A stretch of 64,000 nucleotides of DNA from an uncultured virus (IMG/VR IMGVR_UViG_3300008108_000202) (taxonomy: Duplodnaviria > Heunggongvirae > Uroviricota > Caudoviricetes). Of the stretch, positions 49,236 through 60,186 are shown piece after piece. Each line of letters begins with the position of its first letter. Position 1 is the first letter of the stretch. The stretch lies in the IMG/VR virus record IMGVR_UViG_3300008108_000202; one strand, written 5' to 3'. The notes under the pieces are model-generated. The model ran no database searches. It was given only the letters and a program-made list of their open reading frames with translations, and was not told the DNA's origin. The translations under genes and the position numbers were made by a program.

Positions 49236-50164
49236 TCCCTTTCAAATCTTACATGCTGATTAATTAGGAGATCCCCAATGACTTCATTTTTAAACCCTTT
49301 GGATTTAATTCTCAATGGTTTTGTTGTATCAAATACTTGTGGTAATTTAATAGATAAATCACCATCAGGATGTGGTATTACAAGAGTATCTTTTTTAAGA
49401 TCTTCATAATTAAAATAAGCATTGTAAACCAAATGTTGTCCTAATTTTTCAAAATTATTATATGGAATCAACCTTACTCTAATAACCAAATTACCATAAA
49501 TCCCATTCCTAAAATCACCAACACCTTGTAGTCTTACAAATTGACCATCATCAATACCTTGAGGTAATTGTATTTCAACAGATTTCATTTCGTCTTTTGT
49601 TCCACTTCCATGACAATTATAACAAGGTTTAATAATCATTTGACCAGTACCATTACAAACATTACAAGCAACCTGAACTATTTGAACAAACATTCCTGAA
49701 CCCATTTGTCTAATAGTATGACCTTGACCTCCACACCCATTACAAACAACCTTATCTCCTCCACCACCATTACAAGGATCACATTTTATTTTTCTTTTGT
49801 ATGTAATCTTTTTGTTTGAACCCAAATAAGATTCTATAACATTTACTTGAGTATCAATAACTAAATCATGAACTCTATTTCTTTCTCTTGTACCACCAAA
49901 TGCTTGATCATACATTTTTTGAAATAAGTCATTATATCCTCCTCCGCCTTGACCAAATGGATTCTTTCTTTGGAAGTCATATTCTTTTCTCTTGTTTTCA
50001 TCTCCTAATGAGTCATAAGCAACTGAAATCTTTTTAAATGTTTCTTCATCCCCACCTTTATCAGGATGGTTTTCTTTAGCTAATTTTCTATATGCTTTTT
50101 TTATGTCTTCTTGTGTTGCGTTTTCATCAACACCAAGTATTTCATAATAATTTTCAGTATTCAT
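49232..50164 (-). CDS. dnaJ: DnaJ chaperone
   Basis: J-domain HPD, four CxxCxGxG repeats, C-terminal domain. Confidence 0.95.
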   Translation of the reverse strand: MNTENYYEILGVDENATQEDIKKAYRKLAKENHPDKGGDEETFKKISVAYDSLGDENKRKEYDFQRKNPFGQGGGGYNDLFQKMYDQAFGGTRERNRVHDLVIDTQVNVIESYLGSNKKITYKRKIKCDPCNGGGGDKVVCNGCGGQGHTIRQMGSGMFVQIVQVACNVCNGTGQMIIKPCYNCHGSGTKDEMKSVEIQLPQGIDDGQFVRLQGVGDFRNGIYGNLVIRVRLIPYNNFEKLGQHLVYNAYFNYEDLKKDTLVIPHPDGDLSIKLPQVFDTTKPLRIKSKGFKNEVIGDLLINQHVRFERD

Positions 50165-50224
50165 TTATTTGTTGATTAAATTATATTTATAATTCACGAT
50201 ATTCAACTGCAAATATAGTAAAAA

Positions 50225-50863
50225 ATGGACAACTATACAATTGTACTTTTTAAAAATAAAGTAAAAAAAAGAATTATAAAGAAGTTCAAAACTTTTAATA
50301 ATGCTAAAAAATTTTTTGATAAAATTAAAGAGGATAATAAATCCGTTATTTTTGATGTTAAAACTGAAAATGGTAAATCATCTAATTATGAAATCACATT
50401 AGTAGGTAAAAAAACAAATGAAGGTAACCTATACGTGAGAGATGAATTTGGTAGACAGATTAAAATTGAGATTGAAGATCCTGATTTTAGTATATTAGAA
50501 ATATCTCCATTTAAAAAAGAAGAATATATTTTTGATATTAAAAATTCAAAGAGGATACCAGTATCAATATTTTTAAGAAAATACCTACCTAAAGTTGGTG
50601 TTAAATTAGTTTCTAAAATAAATCATAAAATATCTGTTCAACAGGATAGTAATATTGATCTTTTCTCATTAAAAAGTGAGGAAGATTGTGATAGATTTAT
50701 TGATCTAATGTCTCAATATTTTATGGAACAAGGTAGGATAGATACAATTTGGGTTAAAGATACGTCAATTGAACAAAAAAAATATTTATACAATATTTTA
50801 GAATCTCAAGGTTATTCTAAATCAATTCTTTACCGAAGATTTACCACTTTTTCTAAAGAATAA
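50225..50863 (+). CDS. hypothetical protein
   Basis: 212 aa ORF. Confidence 0.8.
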   Translation: MDNYTIVLFKNKVKKRIIKKFKTFNNAKKFFDKIKEDNKSVIFDVKTENGKSSNYEITLVGKKTNEGNLYVRDEFGRQIKIEIEDPDFSILEISPFKKEEYIFDIKNSKRIPVSIFLRKYLPKVGVKLVSKINHKISVQQDSNIDLFSLKSEEDCDRFIDLMSQYFMEQGRIDTIWVKDTSIEQKKYLYNILESQGYSKSILYRRFTTFSKE

Positions 50864-51894
50864 TCTATCCCAAATACTCTTTTTAATTGGTTCTATTTTT
50901 TTTGGTTCTTCTTTAACCAATGTGTTCTCTAAAACAAAAATTATTTCAGTACCAGATAGATCAATCTTAAATTGTTCATACATACTATCCACGTCCCTGA
51001 AGTTTTTTTGTATTTTTTTATATTCTTTATAATCCAACTCAATAATTATGGCAGTTTTTCCATTTGGGAATAAGTTTTGTAACCCATCTGTAATTAGAGC
51101 TAATTTTTCAATCACCCCACTATTATTTTCTTTATTTTCTCCCATAATGTTAATTTAGGTTTATTTACTACTGGTTGGACAATATCTTCTTTTTTAAATT
51201 GTTTGATCTCATTAAGAAATTTTAGTTTTTCTTTTTCAACATCAATCTTATCCTTTTCAATTTCACTCCTCAACCACTCTTGCATCCCTTCCGTGCGGCT
51301 CACTGTCTTCTTCATCATCTTCCAACTCTATTTTATTTTCACCCATCTCAAACTTCAAAGATTGTAGGTTATTTAAATTTTGTCTTTCAAATATTGATTT
51401 TAACTCATTTACCTTTGATTGAAATAGTCTGTCTTTCTCTTCTCTCTCTTTATTATAAGCAATCACATTCTTAATACTATCAGTTATTTCATTAACAGAT
51501 TGCTCGTTAAATTCGGCAACAAACGAAAAAAATCTATAACCTACGGTATTTTTTTCATTTTCTACCACAGATTTTTCATTAACGTATTTTTTTGGTAATT
51601 TCCAATTTTCAGGAAAATGTATATCAAAAGATAAATAGTTTTTTAGTTTCCTTACAGATTGTAGGTAAGGAAATAATATGTTAAATTCGTTGAACAACCC
51701 CATTAGTTAGTTTGTATTAAATAAGTTATTATGTAAGTAATAAATAAACCCATAAAAATGGTTTCCCTACTACTAAAAACCAATTTTTCAGGGTTCTCTT
51801 GTAGTAGGGAAATAATAAACCTGAATACAGATCTAAAAATAGCAACCAATGAAAAGACAAAAATGAATAAATATATTGTGTCTATACTAGTCAT
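50822..51894 (-). other. four hypothetical ORFs (50822-51145, 51112-51318, 51263-51703, 51703-51894 membrane protein)
   Basis: Overlapping co-directional ORFs. Confidence 0.7.
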
Positions 51895-51895
51895 A

Positions 51896-52069
51896 TTAAT
51901 CCTTTTTTCTTGCTTCCAAAACTTCACCTCTTAATTGTTGCAAAAGTGATTTCAATTCTTGAGATGTTTTTCTAACACGAGTTCCAGCGCTTTTGTTACC
52001 ATTTTCAAATTTAGTAAAATCAACACTAAGTTCTTCTGTAAGAGTTTTAATTCTTTCTATTGTTTCCAT
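51896..52069 (-). CDS. histone H1-like protein (Hc1 family; not in ORF track)
   Basis: Hand translation ...DFTKFENGNKSAGTRVRKTSQELK.L.Q.LR. Confidence 0.85.
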   Translation of the reverse strand: METIERIKTLTEELSVDFTKFENGNKSAGTRVRKTSQELKSLLQQLRGEVLEARKKD

Positions 52070-52135
52070 GTTCAATATAAAAAAAAGTTTATTTATGTTA
52101 TTTCAAATCTACACCACAAATAGTTAATGTAAAGA

Positions 52136-52600
52136 TTATAGATTCATATTTTTATCTAATGATTTGTATATTGCGCTTATCATATCAAGATCAGATTTGG
52201 TAAAGGATTTATTTCTATCAAATAGATCTTTGAAGAATGTTCCTATTGAGTTCTTTATTTTTATTTCATTTTGATTATAAAATATATCAGTAAAGAAATT
52301 TAAAAAATACTCGTAATGTTCTCCTTTTTTATTAAAAACAATTTCTTCTTTTTTAAAGTTTTTGATTGTTTGATCCCAACACCATTCAAAATGTTTTTTC
52401 TTATCCTCATCATTTAATAACAATTTAGTCTCACCGTTATTATCATCACCAAGATATGTCTCAATTATTAATTGGTATAATGAAAAACTAAAATCATAAT
52501 ACAATTCCATTTTTTCAGGAATAATATTATTAACTCTAAACCAAATATCAACATCTTCTTGGTTCATTGGCTTTGTAATGTAATTAAAAAAATTCTCCAT
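52136..52600 (-). CDS. hypothetical protein
   Basis: 154 aa ORF. Confidence 0.8.
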   Translation of the reverse strand: MENFFNYITKPMNQEDVDIWFRVNNIIPEKMELYYDFSFSLYQLIIETYLGDDNNGETKLLLNDEDKKKHFEWCWDQTIKNFKKEEIVFNKKGEHYEYFLNFFTDIFYNQNEIKIKNSIGTFFKDLFDRNKSFTKSDLDMISAIYKSLDKNMNL

Positions 52601-52648
52601 AGAAACTAACCTATGGAGAAATTATAATACACAATATTTTTTTGTAAA

Positions 52649-53788
52649 TTATTGAGTTTTTTTGGTGTAAGACATTAAGTTTTTAATTCTATCAAATTCC
52701 TCATTAAGTTTAATTCCCTTTTTTTCATCAATGGATTCTACTTTAATGTCAATACCTTGACCGGCATTTTCACCAACACCATCAGTAACAGGCTGTTTTG
52801 ATTTTCTATAAGCTTGTCTTTTTGCTTTGGCGTATTTATTGGCCTTTCTTTTCTTATTAATTTTTTCACCTAAATCAGTTTCAACTGCGTTTGCCCATTC
52901 AGGATTATTTCCGGTTCTTGACGATCCTTCAATATTATCTTTCATCCAATCTTCATCAGGATGTATTTCATCATAATCAAGATTTTCCATTCCTGGTCTC
53001 ATAAAATCATCCAAAAATTCTTTTCCGTCATCAGACATCGTATATTTTTTAGCCTTCATTTTTTCAAGTTCTCCGTTTCCTTTTGGGAAATGTTTAGGGT
53101 TCATATCAAAATCTCCTTTAGATCCATCCTTTAGATAATCTTTCATTTTCTTTGCAAGAAGTTTCATATAATCATCCTCTTCCTTACCAGACCCTTTATG
53201 AGCCTTTTCATAATAAGTATATCCCGCCGGTGTTGGTGTATTTTTAATATTATTTTCTTCTTTAATAATTCTTTCAATAATATCAACCATTTCATCTTCG
53301 GTAAATAAAGCACTATCCTCAATATTTTCTAATCTATATAAAACCTCATCATCATTTGATTCTTTTACGTGATATTTTTTACCATCAACTTCAAAAGTGT
53401 CTTTACCTTCTTTTTTCGCCCTTGAAAGTGCTCCAGTAAAAGCGTTGCCTTCCTCCATTTCATTTTCACCCATACTTGATTTCTTACCTTTTCTTAATAG
53501 TTTGAAATCTCCCGCATCTATTTTGTTATTCTTATTTAAATCAAGTTTTCTTTGTTTTCCATGAAGTTTTTCCATCACCTCACCTTCTTTCATAGAACAT
53601 TGTTCACAAACACTACCTTCCATAACTTCACCACCACATTGTTCACAAACACTACCTTCTTGTACATAATCAAATGAAGATCCAGGAGGATTAAATTTCA
53701 ATTTTTCCATTATTTCGTTTGCCTTATCTTCCAAAGTTTCATTTAAAACTTTTTTTAATAAATCATCAATATATTTATCTTTTCCCAT
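52649..53788 (-). CDS. hypothetical (possibly virion) protein
   Basis: 379 aa; EGSVCEQC duplication; EF-hand-like DLNKNNKIDAGD. Confidence 0.75.
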   Translation of the reverse strand: MGKDKYIDDLLKKVLNETLEDKANEIMEKLKFNPPGSSFDYVQEGSVCEQCGGEVMEGSVCEQCSMKEGEVMEKLHGKQRKLDLNKNNKIDAGDFKLLRKGKKSSMGENEMEEGNAFTGALSRAKKEGKDTFEVDGKKYHVKESNDDEVLYRLENIEDSALFTEDEMVDIIERIIKEENNIKNTPTPAGYTYYEKAHKGSGKEEDDYMKLLAKKMKDYLKDGSKGDFDMNPKHFPKGNGELEKMKAKKYTMSDDGKEFLDDFMRPGMENLDYDEIHPDEDWMKDNIEGSSRTGNNPEWANAVETDLGEKINKKRKANKYAKAKRQAYRKSKQPVTDGVGENAGQGIDIKVESIDEKKGIKLNEEFDRIKNLMSYTKKTQ

Positions 53789-53800
53789 TTTGTTTTTTAT

Positions 53801-53809
53801 TATAAATAT
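53801..53809 (-). promoter_or_regulatory. phage promoter candidate ATATTTAT(A) (representative copy)
   Basis: Recurs shortly upstream of starts on both strands, e.g. 4859, 26647, 31364, 40262, 40312, 40550, 48106, 57880. Confidence 0.6.
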
Positions 53810-53811
53810 CT

Positions 53812-54813
53812 TTATTTATTCAATTTTTTAAACTCATTAGAAATAATATCAATTATTAGATCTTTGTGAATATCATATTTATCACTTATTTCATTAATAA
53901 CCTTATTTAAGGTTTGATTTTCAAAAATTTTAAGAGCTTTAATATCCCCTTGATTACAATATGGAAAACGTTTACATTTTTTTTTAACCTGAACGAATTT
54001 TCCTCCAGGTATTTGTGTTTTTGATTTTCCTCTCCAATGTTTTTTACTTGTAGTTTTTGCCCAAGCGGCGGGTGTTTCATACGCACCAACTCCAGCACCT
54101 GAAGATGTTGCCTCTTTAGTTTCAACTTTCTTTAATTTGTCATAATAATTAGGATCCTCAAACAAATGATCCAAAGCAATCTCTTTAGCCTCAGATTCAT
54201 CATCAGTGTGTTCCGTTTCAACTTTAATACCTTTATTAAGTTGTTTTAATAGTTCTTTTTTAATCTCACCAATATCTTTTCCTTTTATTTTGTTTTTGTT
54301 CACTAAATCAGTAAAAGTTTTTTTATCTGCCTTTCCTCCTTTTAATTTTTCTTCTTTCATATCACCGAATAAAGGAGTATCGTACGCACCAACTCCACCT
54401 CCTGATGCCGTCGCTTCCTTGTTCTCATTTCTACTACCAACAACACCTGAAACGGATCCTGTATATTTACCAACGGTATCATCTAAAGACACATCTTCAT
54501 TGGTTTCCTTTCTAATAAATGATTTTAAAAAATCATTGAGTTCTTCAGAGTTCTTAAGTAATTTTTTTATTTCTTGTTTAATTTTATTATTACTTAATTT
54601 TTTGTTCTTAACTAATTCATAGACTTGTTTAAGTGTAACGCCATCTTTAAGATAATCAGAAGAAGACTCTCTTTTATCATTACCTTTATCCTCATTCTCA
54701 TTCTGAGGTGCAAAGTCTTTTCTGGTTGATGTTAAATCAGACCCCATAATACCCGCTAAAGCGGATTCTCTTCCTAATTGACTCTTAAATTGATCAATGA
54801 TATTTGTTTCCAT
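53812..54813 (-). CDS. hypothetical protein with DUF5661-like domain
   Basis: GIKVETEHT...EIALDHL.EDPNYYDKL flanked by duplicated EAT.SG.GVGAY.TP. Confidence 0.75.
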   Translation of the reverse strand: METNIIDQFKSQLGRESALAGIMGSDLTSTRKDFAPQNENEDKGNDKRESSSDYLKDGVTLKQVYELVKNKKLSNNKIKQEIKKLLKNSEELNDFLKSFIRKETNEDVSLDDTVGKYTGSVSGVVGSRNENKEATASGGGVGAYDTPLFGDMKEEKLKGGKADKKTFTDLVNKNKIKGKDIGEIKKELLKQLNKGIKVETEHTDDESEAKEIALDHLFEDPNYYDKLKKVETKEATSSGAGVGAYETPAAWAKTTSKKHWRGKSKTQIPGGKFVQVKKKCKRFPYCNQGDIKALKIFENQTLNKVINEISDKYDIHKDLIIDIISNEFKKLNK

Positions 54814-55058
54814 TACACTCCTTTGAATCTTGATTCCCAGAAACTTCTTTGTTGATACATTATCGTGTAGAACTCTCTGAATGATTTTATGATTAAATCC
54901 TTGATGTCTTTTTCAAGTTTACCTCTTTTTACATCTTTTGAGATTTTATCCATTAATTTATCCTCAAACTGTTTGACAGTAGTTGATCCTAAGAAATCTT
55001 TTATTTCTTTTCTGATCATAGTTTCAATTTCTTTTTTATCAGATTGAGTAAGTGCCAT
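54813..55058 (-). CDS. hypothetical protein
   Basis: 81 aa ORF. Confidence 0.75.
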   Translation of the reverse strand: MALTQSDKKEIETMIRKEIKDFLGSTTVKQFEDKLMDKISKDVKRGKLEKDIKDLIIKSFREFYTIMYQQRSFWESRFKGV

Positions 55059-55060
55059 TT

Positions 55061-55693
55061 TTATTTTTTAAATTTAATTTTCCAATACATCCCTCCTTGT
55101 ATTGAAAGTGTTTTAGCGTTATTATAACCTATTCCTAATGAGTATACTTTATCTTTTTTATCTTTTAACATTAAAGTTGGTCCGGCAAAGTTTATAATAT
55201 CAACTTTATCAAATCCTATTACACCACCAAAATAAAATTCTAATCTTTTAACAGGTTCAACATAAACCACTTCTTTTATCTTAATTTTATTAACATTAAC
55301 ATCAAAATGTCTATTCAAAATTCTATTTTTAAATATTGTGTCTCTAATCGCAATATACCCTAAACTATCTTTAAGACGTAAAGTATCTTTGTATGTATAT
55401 TTAGCATAATAGTCTTTCAATATTTCCGCAGTGTCAACATTTGGTGGTACATTGACATAAATGGGTACATCAACATAAATTGTCTTTCCTGGTCTAAATA
55501 TAGTATCGTGAGTCGGTACATATACGGTATCAATCTCTCTCTTAATAACTGTATATTTTTTACCGTTTATTTTAATGTTATCGTCTGGATTATTACCCGT
55601 ACCTGTAGATGTACACATCCTCATTAACAATAAGACAATCACCAATCCTATGATTGTTAAACTTTTAAGATCTAATTTTTTAATAAATTTCAT
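55061..55693 (-). CDS. membrane-anchored protein, possibly spanin-like
   Basis: N-terminal TM, DTV repeats, C-terminal beta strands ending YWKIKF; near the amidase. Confidence 0.55.
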   Translation of the reverse strand: MKFIKKLDLKSLTIIGLVIVLLLMRMCTSTGTGNNPDDNIKINGKKYTVIKREIDTVYVPTHDTIFRPGKTIYVDVPIYVNVPPNVDTAEILKDYYAKYTYKDTLRLKDSLGYIAIRDTIFKNRILNRHFDVNVNKIKIKEVVYVEPVKRLEFYFGGVIGFDKVDIINFAGPTLMLKDKKDKVYSLGIGYNNAKTLSIQGGMYWKIKFKK

Positions 55694-56316
55694 TATTTCT
55701 CAGGTGTTTTCTTTTTAGCAGCAATAACTTTTGACCATTTTGATTTAAACTTCTCATAGAAAACTTGTAATTTATTTACAAAGTCAAGAAAATCATCATC
55801 AAGTTTGATCATCGTTCCGTTTATATATACCCCTTTTGATTCTCCAATTGACAAGAAAAACTCAATATCAAGTTCAGTTACTTTACCCGACCACTCAACA
55901 TTATTATCGTAAACGTTTAATTTATTGAAGTCCACAATCTCAGCCACTTCAGCAACAAACTCATCCATACTTTCTTGGAATGCTCTTTTATCATCAGTAG
56001 TTAACTGAACATCAGCCTCATCTGTCCCATGTAAAACCAATATACCTCCAGATATTCTGTAAGCCTTTTTTCTTTCACTTTTTGAAGTCTCCTTTTCATC
56101 AGAATCGGCGGTTTCATATTCTGCTCTTTTTTCTAAATCTTTTAACGGATTAATTTTTGTAATTGGGTTAATCATTTCGGCATCTTCATCTCCTTCCTGT
56201 TCATTAATTAATCCATGACTTTTTTTAATGTCAGAAACTTGCTCTTGAAGGATATTACCACCCAACAAAGATCTTGTTGTTTTTAACATTTTTTGTATTT
56301 GCTCGTAATCACTCAT
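55693..56316 (-). CDS. hypothetical protein
   Basis: 207 aa ORF. Confidence 0.8.
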   Translation of the reverse strand: MSDYEQIQKMLKTTRSLLGGNILQEQVSDIKKSHGLINEQEGDEDAEMINPITKINPLKDLEKRAEYETADSDEKETSKSERKKAYRISGGILVLHGTDEADVQLTTDDKRAFQESMDEFVAEVAEIVDFNKLNVYDNNVEWSGKVTELDIEFFLSIGESKGVYINGTMIKLDDDFLDFVNKLQVFYEKFKSKWSKVIAAKKKTPEK

Positions 56317-56905
56317 TTTCTATATAATTTATAAATTCATCAAAATTAAATGCTGGACTTAAATCAGTGTATTCACTATTAAAATTACTTCTAGTGACTA
56401 TTCCTTCATATTTTTCAACACCATTAACTCTAGTGTTGTGACCTACACATTCTTTATTTATTGAAAGTTTATTTGTTAGCTCTTTACACAATTTTGCGGT
56501 TTGAATAACCTGTATTTCAGTGTATGGTTGCCAAAAAAAATAGTCTCTCCATTTTTTTTCAAAAACCTTCTCATTATAAATATTACCAATCCAGTTAATG
56601 TGTGAATTTTTTAATGGTTGTTTTTCCAACCAACCTAAATTTTCCAATGATATGACAATTGAATTCCTATTTACGTTTTGAGTTGGAAAGAAATTACTAT
56701 GTTCGTTATCGTTCAATAACTTTATTATTTTACCCTCTCTATCTACAATGTAATTTGGTATTTTATCGTATCTTCCATTGTACCTATATTTCAATGACAT
56801 CAAATATGTATTAACTTCTCTTGATGTGTGAGTTAATATAATTTGTTTTTTCTTCTTTTGTTTACCTGTTGGTTTGAAGTTTCCAAATTCAATAATATCA
56901 AACAT
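56309..56905 (-). CDS. N-acetylmuramoyl-L-alanine amidase-like protein
   Basis: IILTHT, NYIVDREG, SIVISLEN, VGH and DLSP. Confidence 0.75.
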   Translation of the reverse strand: MFDIIEFGNFKPTGKQKKKKQIILTHTSREVNTYLMSLKYRYNGRYDKIPNYIVDREGKIIKLLNDNEHSNFFPTQNVNRNSIVISLENLGWLEKQPLKNSHINWIGNIYNEKVFEKKWRDYFFWQPYTEIQVIQTAKLCKELTNKLSINKECVGHNTRVNGVEKYEGIVTRSNFNSEYTDLSPAFNFDEFINYIENE

Positions 56906-57831
56906 CTTTCTTTGTGTATACTAATCTTTTAGTTTTTTTTTCTTCAGGAAAAAATACATCCTCTTGGAAAAATTCCTCATTATCTGATTTACTCTCAATT
57001 TCATATGGGGTAAACGCAAGTGCGGTTGGTTCTTCTAAAACTTCTTCTTCAGTTGGTGGTGGAGGTAATTTACCTTCCTCTCTAAGTCTACGAACATTAT
57101 CCCACACCTTTTTTGATTCTTTCTGTAAATCAGTCAATTGTTCAACTCTTTTTTCATCAATTACTTGGTCGGTACTTGGTTGATGACACTTCTTCAGACT
57201 CCATATCAAGTATCGTAACATCAAGTTCGGTAATACTATCATTAATCGCATCAAACTTATTTCCAAGTTCATCTCTTCTTATTTGTGCCTGTTTTAATTG
57301 ATCCTCAAATGTTTTTCTATTTGCATTATTTGCTCTTGTTATTAATTGTCCTGTTGTTCTATCAACACTTTGAGTTGTTGTATTTTTTGAAAGTCCATCC
57401 CTTAAGTTTGTTATGTCTCCGTCAAGTGTTCCTTTCTCTTTTGATATATCTTTTTTTATTTCCTCAAATCTTTCTTTTTTAACCTCAATGTTTTTTATTT
57501 TCTTATTATTAATTTCAAGTTTTGCAATGTTCTGTTGGAATCCGCTACTCAATAATCCATAGATCCCCATTGAAGTTATTACGGATAATATAACAAGGGC
57601 AATTGTTAAATATATTTTTAAAATACCATAAGTTTCTTTCCATTTATCATGAAGATAAGTCGCAATTGCGATTTTTGATATCTCCAAAAAGGATCCCATT
57701 ACTATAACAGGAATCGCAACACCAATAAACACTATTGATAACCCATAAACACTATAAAATGCCGCAGCACCCGATAAACCTAATGCACAGAACAATAAAA
57801 ACCAAGGTAAAAATTTCTCTTTCATAATCAT
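56898..57831 (-). pseudogene. membrane/coiled-coil gene broken by a frame-changing junction near 57180
   Basis: ORFs 57157..57831 and 56898..57272 overlap in different frames at an ACCAAGTA repeat. Confidence 0.55.
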
Positions 57832-57891
57832 AAATTATAATCAATAAATATCAAAAAATAAAATAAAGAAGTTAATATGATATTTATTATT

Positions 57892-58287
57892 ATGTCAACG
57901 TTAGAGGGATTAATTAAAAAAACTTTATTACAGGAACAGAAATTTCATGAGATAAGTAATGAGATTACTTTTGATTTTGATTTATACCATGATGAATATG
58001 GTCATACGCAACAAAGAAAGTGGAGACATGGATCTGAACATAAAATAAGTGATTTTGATATTGTTAAACTACTTAAACAGGCTTCAGATGAAATTGTATA
58101 TAATATTATTGACGGTAATATTAGACACAAAAGAAGATTTATTGTGTCAAGAGAGAAAGGGGATAACTTGAATCTTGTTATAGATCCTGAAAAAATAGAG
58201 TCCACATATTGGAATCTGATCGTTATCACGGTAATGAAAAAATCTGACTTTACTGTTGGTAAGGGTCAACTTCAAATTTTCGTATAA
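57892..58287 (+). CDS. hypothetical protein
   Basis: H..QR.WRH...VITVM; ATATTTAT upstream, terminator downstream. Confidence 0.75.
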   Translation: MSTLEGLIKKTLLQEQKFHEISNEITFDFDLYHDEYGHTQQRKWRHGSEHKISDFDIVKLLKQASDEIVYNIIDGNIRHKRRFIVSREKGDNLNLVIDPEKIESTYWNLIVITVMKKSDFTVGKGQLQIFV

Positions 58288-58293
58288 AAACAA

Positions 58294-58317
58294 AACCACG
58301 GTGTTCTGACCGTGGTT
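58294..58317. terminator. terminator hairpin between convergent genes
   Basis: aaccacggt-gttctg-accgtggtt. Confidence 0.75.
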
Positions 58318-58377
58318 GTTCTTAATGTATTCTGACATAAAGAACTTTTGTTTGTTTTACAAAGATATATATTTTTT

Positions 58378-58770
58378 TTATTTTGCCAAAATTTCTTCCA
58401 ATTTTTTTACACGATTTGTAAAAGTTGTGTTGTAGAACCCCTCAAAATCATTTTTAAGGTAATTAAATCTGATTTGAGTGCCTCCAGGTATTTTATTATA
58501 CGCACTACCCCAATTCATTCCGTTATTAACCATATCAATCACTGATATACTAATATATGATGTCCCAATATTACCGATGCGAACTGACACTTTCAGTTCA
58601 GAGTTGTATAGACCTCTTTCAAAGTCTTTTCCTCGTGGATCGGTTACAAATCCTCTTTTTTTAAACTCCTCAATAACGAAATTAAACATATCTATATTGA
58701 AGTTTTTTTTAATTGAATTAATCTCTTTGGTCAACTCTTGTAGTTTTGTGATTTTTTCTGTTACCGTCAT
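58378..58770 (-). CDS. hypothetical protein
   Basis: 130 aa ORF after a TATCTTTG box. Confidence 0.75.
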   Translation of the reverse strand: MTVTEKITKLQELTKEINSIKKNFNIDMFNFVIEEFKKRGFVTDPRGKDFERGLYNSELKVSVRIGNIGTSYISISVIDMVNNGMNWGSAYNKIPGGTQIRFNYLKNDFEGFYNTTFTNRVKKLEEILAK

Positions 58771-58833
58771 GTCTTATCTTATTTGTTTGTCTTACAAAGA
58801 TAATGGATATTATTTAATTGGCAAAATATTTTT

Positions 58834-59634
58834 TTATAAATATTCAAATAATTCTGAAGAGTCGTTTCTTAATTTACGTAATGCTTTCTCCTTAATTTGT
58901 CTAACTCTTTCCTTTGTAAGCCCAAAATCACTACCAATATCTTCTAAAGTTCTTGGTGTACCAGTCAATCCAAAATAATCCTCAACAATTATTCTTTCTC
59001 TCTCATCTAACACATCCAAAGTTTTCATCAATTTATCCTTTAGGAGATCTTTAGTATTAAATGCGGAATCAGGAGCGTCCGCATCCATATTTGGAATCAT
59101 ATCAATCAAAGTATCACCCTCTTCATTGATATTCATATCCAAGTCAATAGTACTAGGTAAGGTTGAAAACTTATCGGATAATTTACCTCCATTGTTTTCA
59201 ATCTCCTTCTTAGATTTTTGTAATTCTTGAACCACATTAACCGGTAGTCGTATAGTTCTCGCATGATCATTAAGAGATTGAATGATTGACTGTTTAATCC
59301 ACCAAACGGCATATGAAATAAGACGTAGATTTTTACTCCAATCAAAATTTTTGATCGCCTTTAACAACCCAAAATTACCTTCATTAATTAGATCAGGTAG
59401 AGGTAAACCTTGATTTTGATATTGTTTTGCCACAGTAATGACGAATCTCAAATTACCAATAAGTAATTCATGTTCAACTTCCTTTCTTTGACGTTCTGTC
59501 AAATTTTCAGACATCATAATTTTTGACAACTCCTTCTCTCTTTCAGGTGTCATCACTTTAATTCTTCTAATATCTTTCAAGTAATGAGATATCTCTTCTT
59601 GATTAATAGGTGCTCCTGTGTTCTTTTCTTTCAT
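58834..59634 (-). CDS. RNA polymerase sigma-70 family factor (RpoD/RpoS-like)
   Basis: NLRFVITVAKQY, DLINEGN.GL, SYAVWWIKQSI, RTIRLP and TLEDIG...LTKERVRQIKEKALRKLR. Confidence 0.95.
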   Translation of the reverse strand: MKEKNTGAPINQEEISHYLKDIRRIKVMTPEREKELSKIMMSENLTERQRKEVEHELLIGNLRFVITVAKQYQNQGLPLPDLINEGNFGLLKAIKNFDWSKNLRLISYAVWWIKQSIIQSLNDHARTIRLPVNVVQELQKSKKEIENNGGKLSDKFSTLPSTIDLDMNINEEGDTLIDMIPNMDADAPDSAFNTKDLLKDKLMKTLDVLDERERIIVEDYFGLTGTPRTLEDIGSDFGLTKERVRQIKEKALRKLRNDSSELFEYL

Positions 59635-59640
59635 ATATAT

Positions 59641-60186
59641 TTATTTTGAATATTCCTCCAACTTTTTTCTTTCAATATCACTTAATGAGTTAATACCATG
59701 ATCCGCAATCTTATCAAGTAATTCATCCAATGTCATTTCACAAATAACTTCTTTCTTTTTTTTGCCAAAAGAATTATTAGTATCGTTTATCATTCCAATA
59801 AACACATCAAAAATCGCATCGTCATTCAATAAAACCTCATCTATTTCAATTTCAATTCTGTTTTTATCTGTCTTATTTTTTTCAAGACCAACATCCAAAA
59901 GATGTTTCATCCTATCGTCATCAAAGTTAGATGAAATTTCTCCATTAAAAGGTAATAATACAAATAAAAATTCAGGGAAAGAATCAATTACCATGTCGGC
60001 ATAAATTGTCATTTCCTGAAAACTCAAATCAGAATTAAAATGAAAAATAGCATTTTCATCACCAAAAACATATTTTATACTTGATCCATCAGTTGTAACT
60101 GGTTGTAGTTCTTTACCAATTTTTGTTGTGATGTCTTCACTATTGATGGATTCACTTGATCCATAAACGAACATTAGATACTTCAT
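59641..60186 (-). CDS. hypothetical protein
   Basis: C-terminal LDELLDKI...GINSLS..E motif. Confidence 0.75.
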   Translation of the reverse strand: MKYLMFVYGSSESINSEDITTKIGKELQPVTTDGSSIKYVFGDENAIFHFNSDLSFQEMTIYADMVIDSFPEFLFVLLPFNGEISSNFDDDRMKHLLDVGLEKNKTDKNRIEIEIDEVLLNDDAIFDVFIGMINDTNNSFGKKKKEVICEMTLDELLDKIADHGINSLSDIERKKLEEYSK

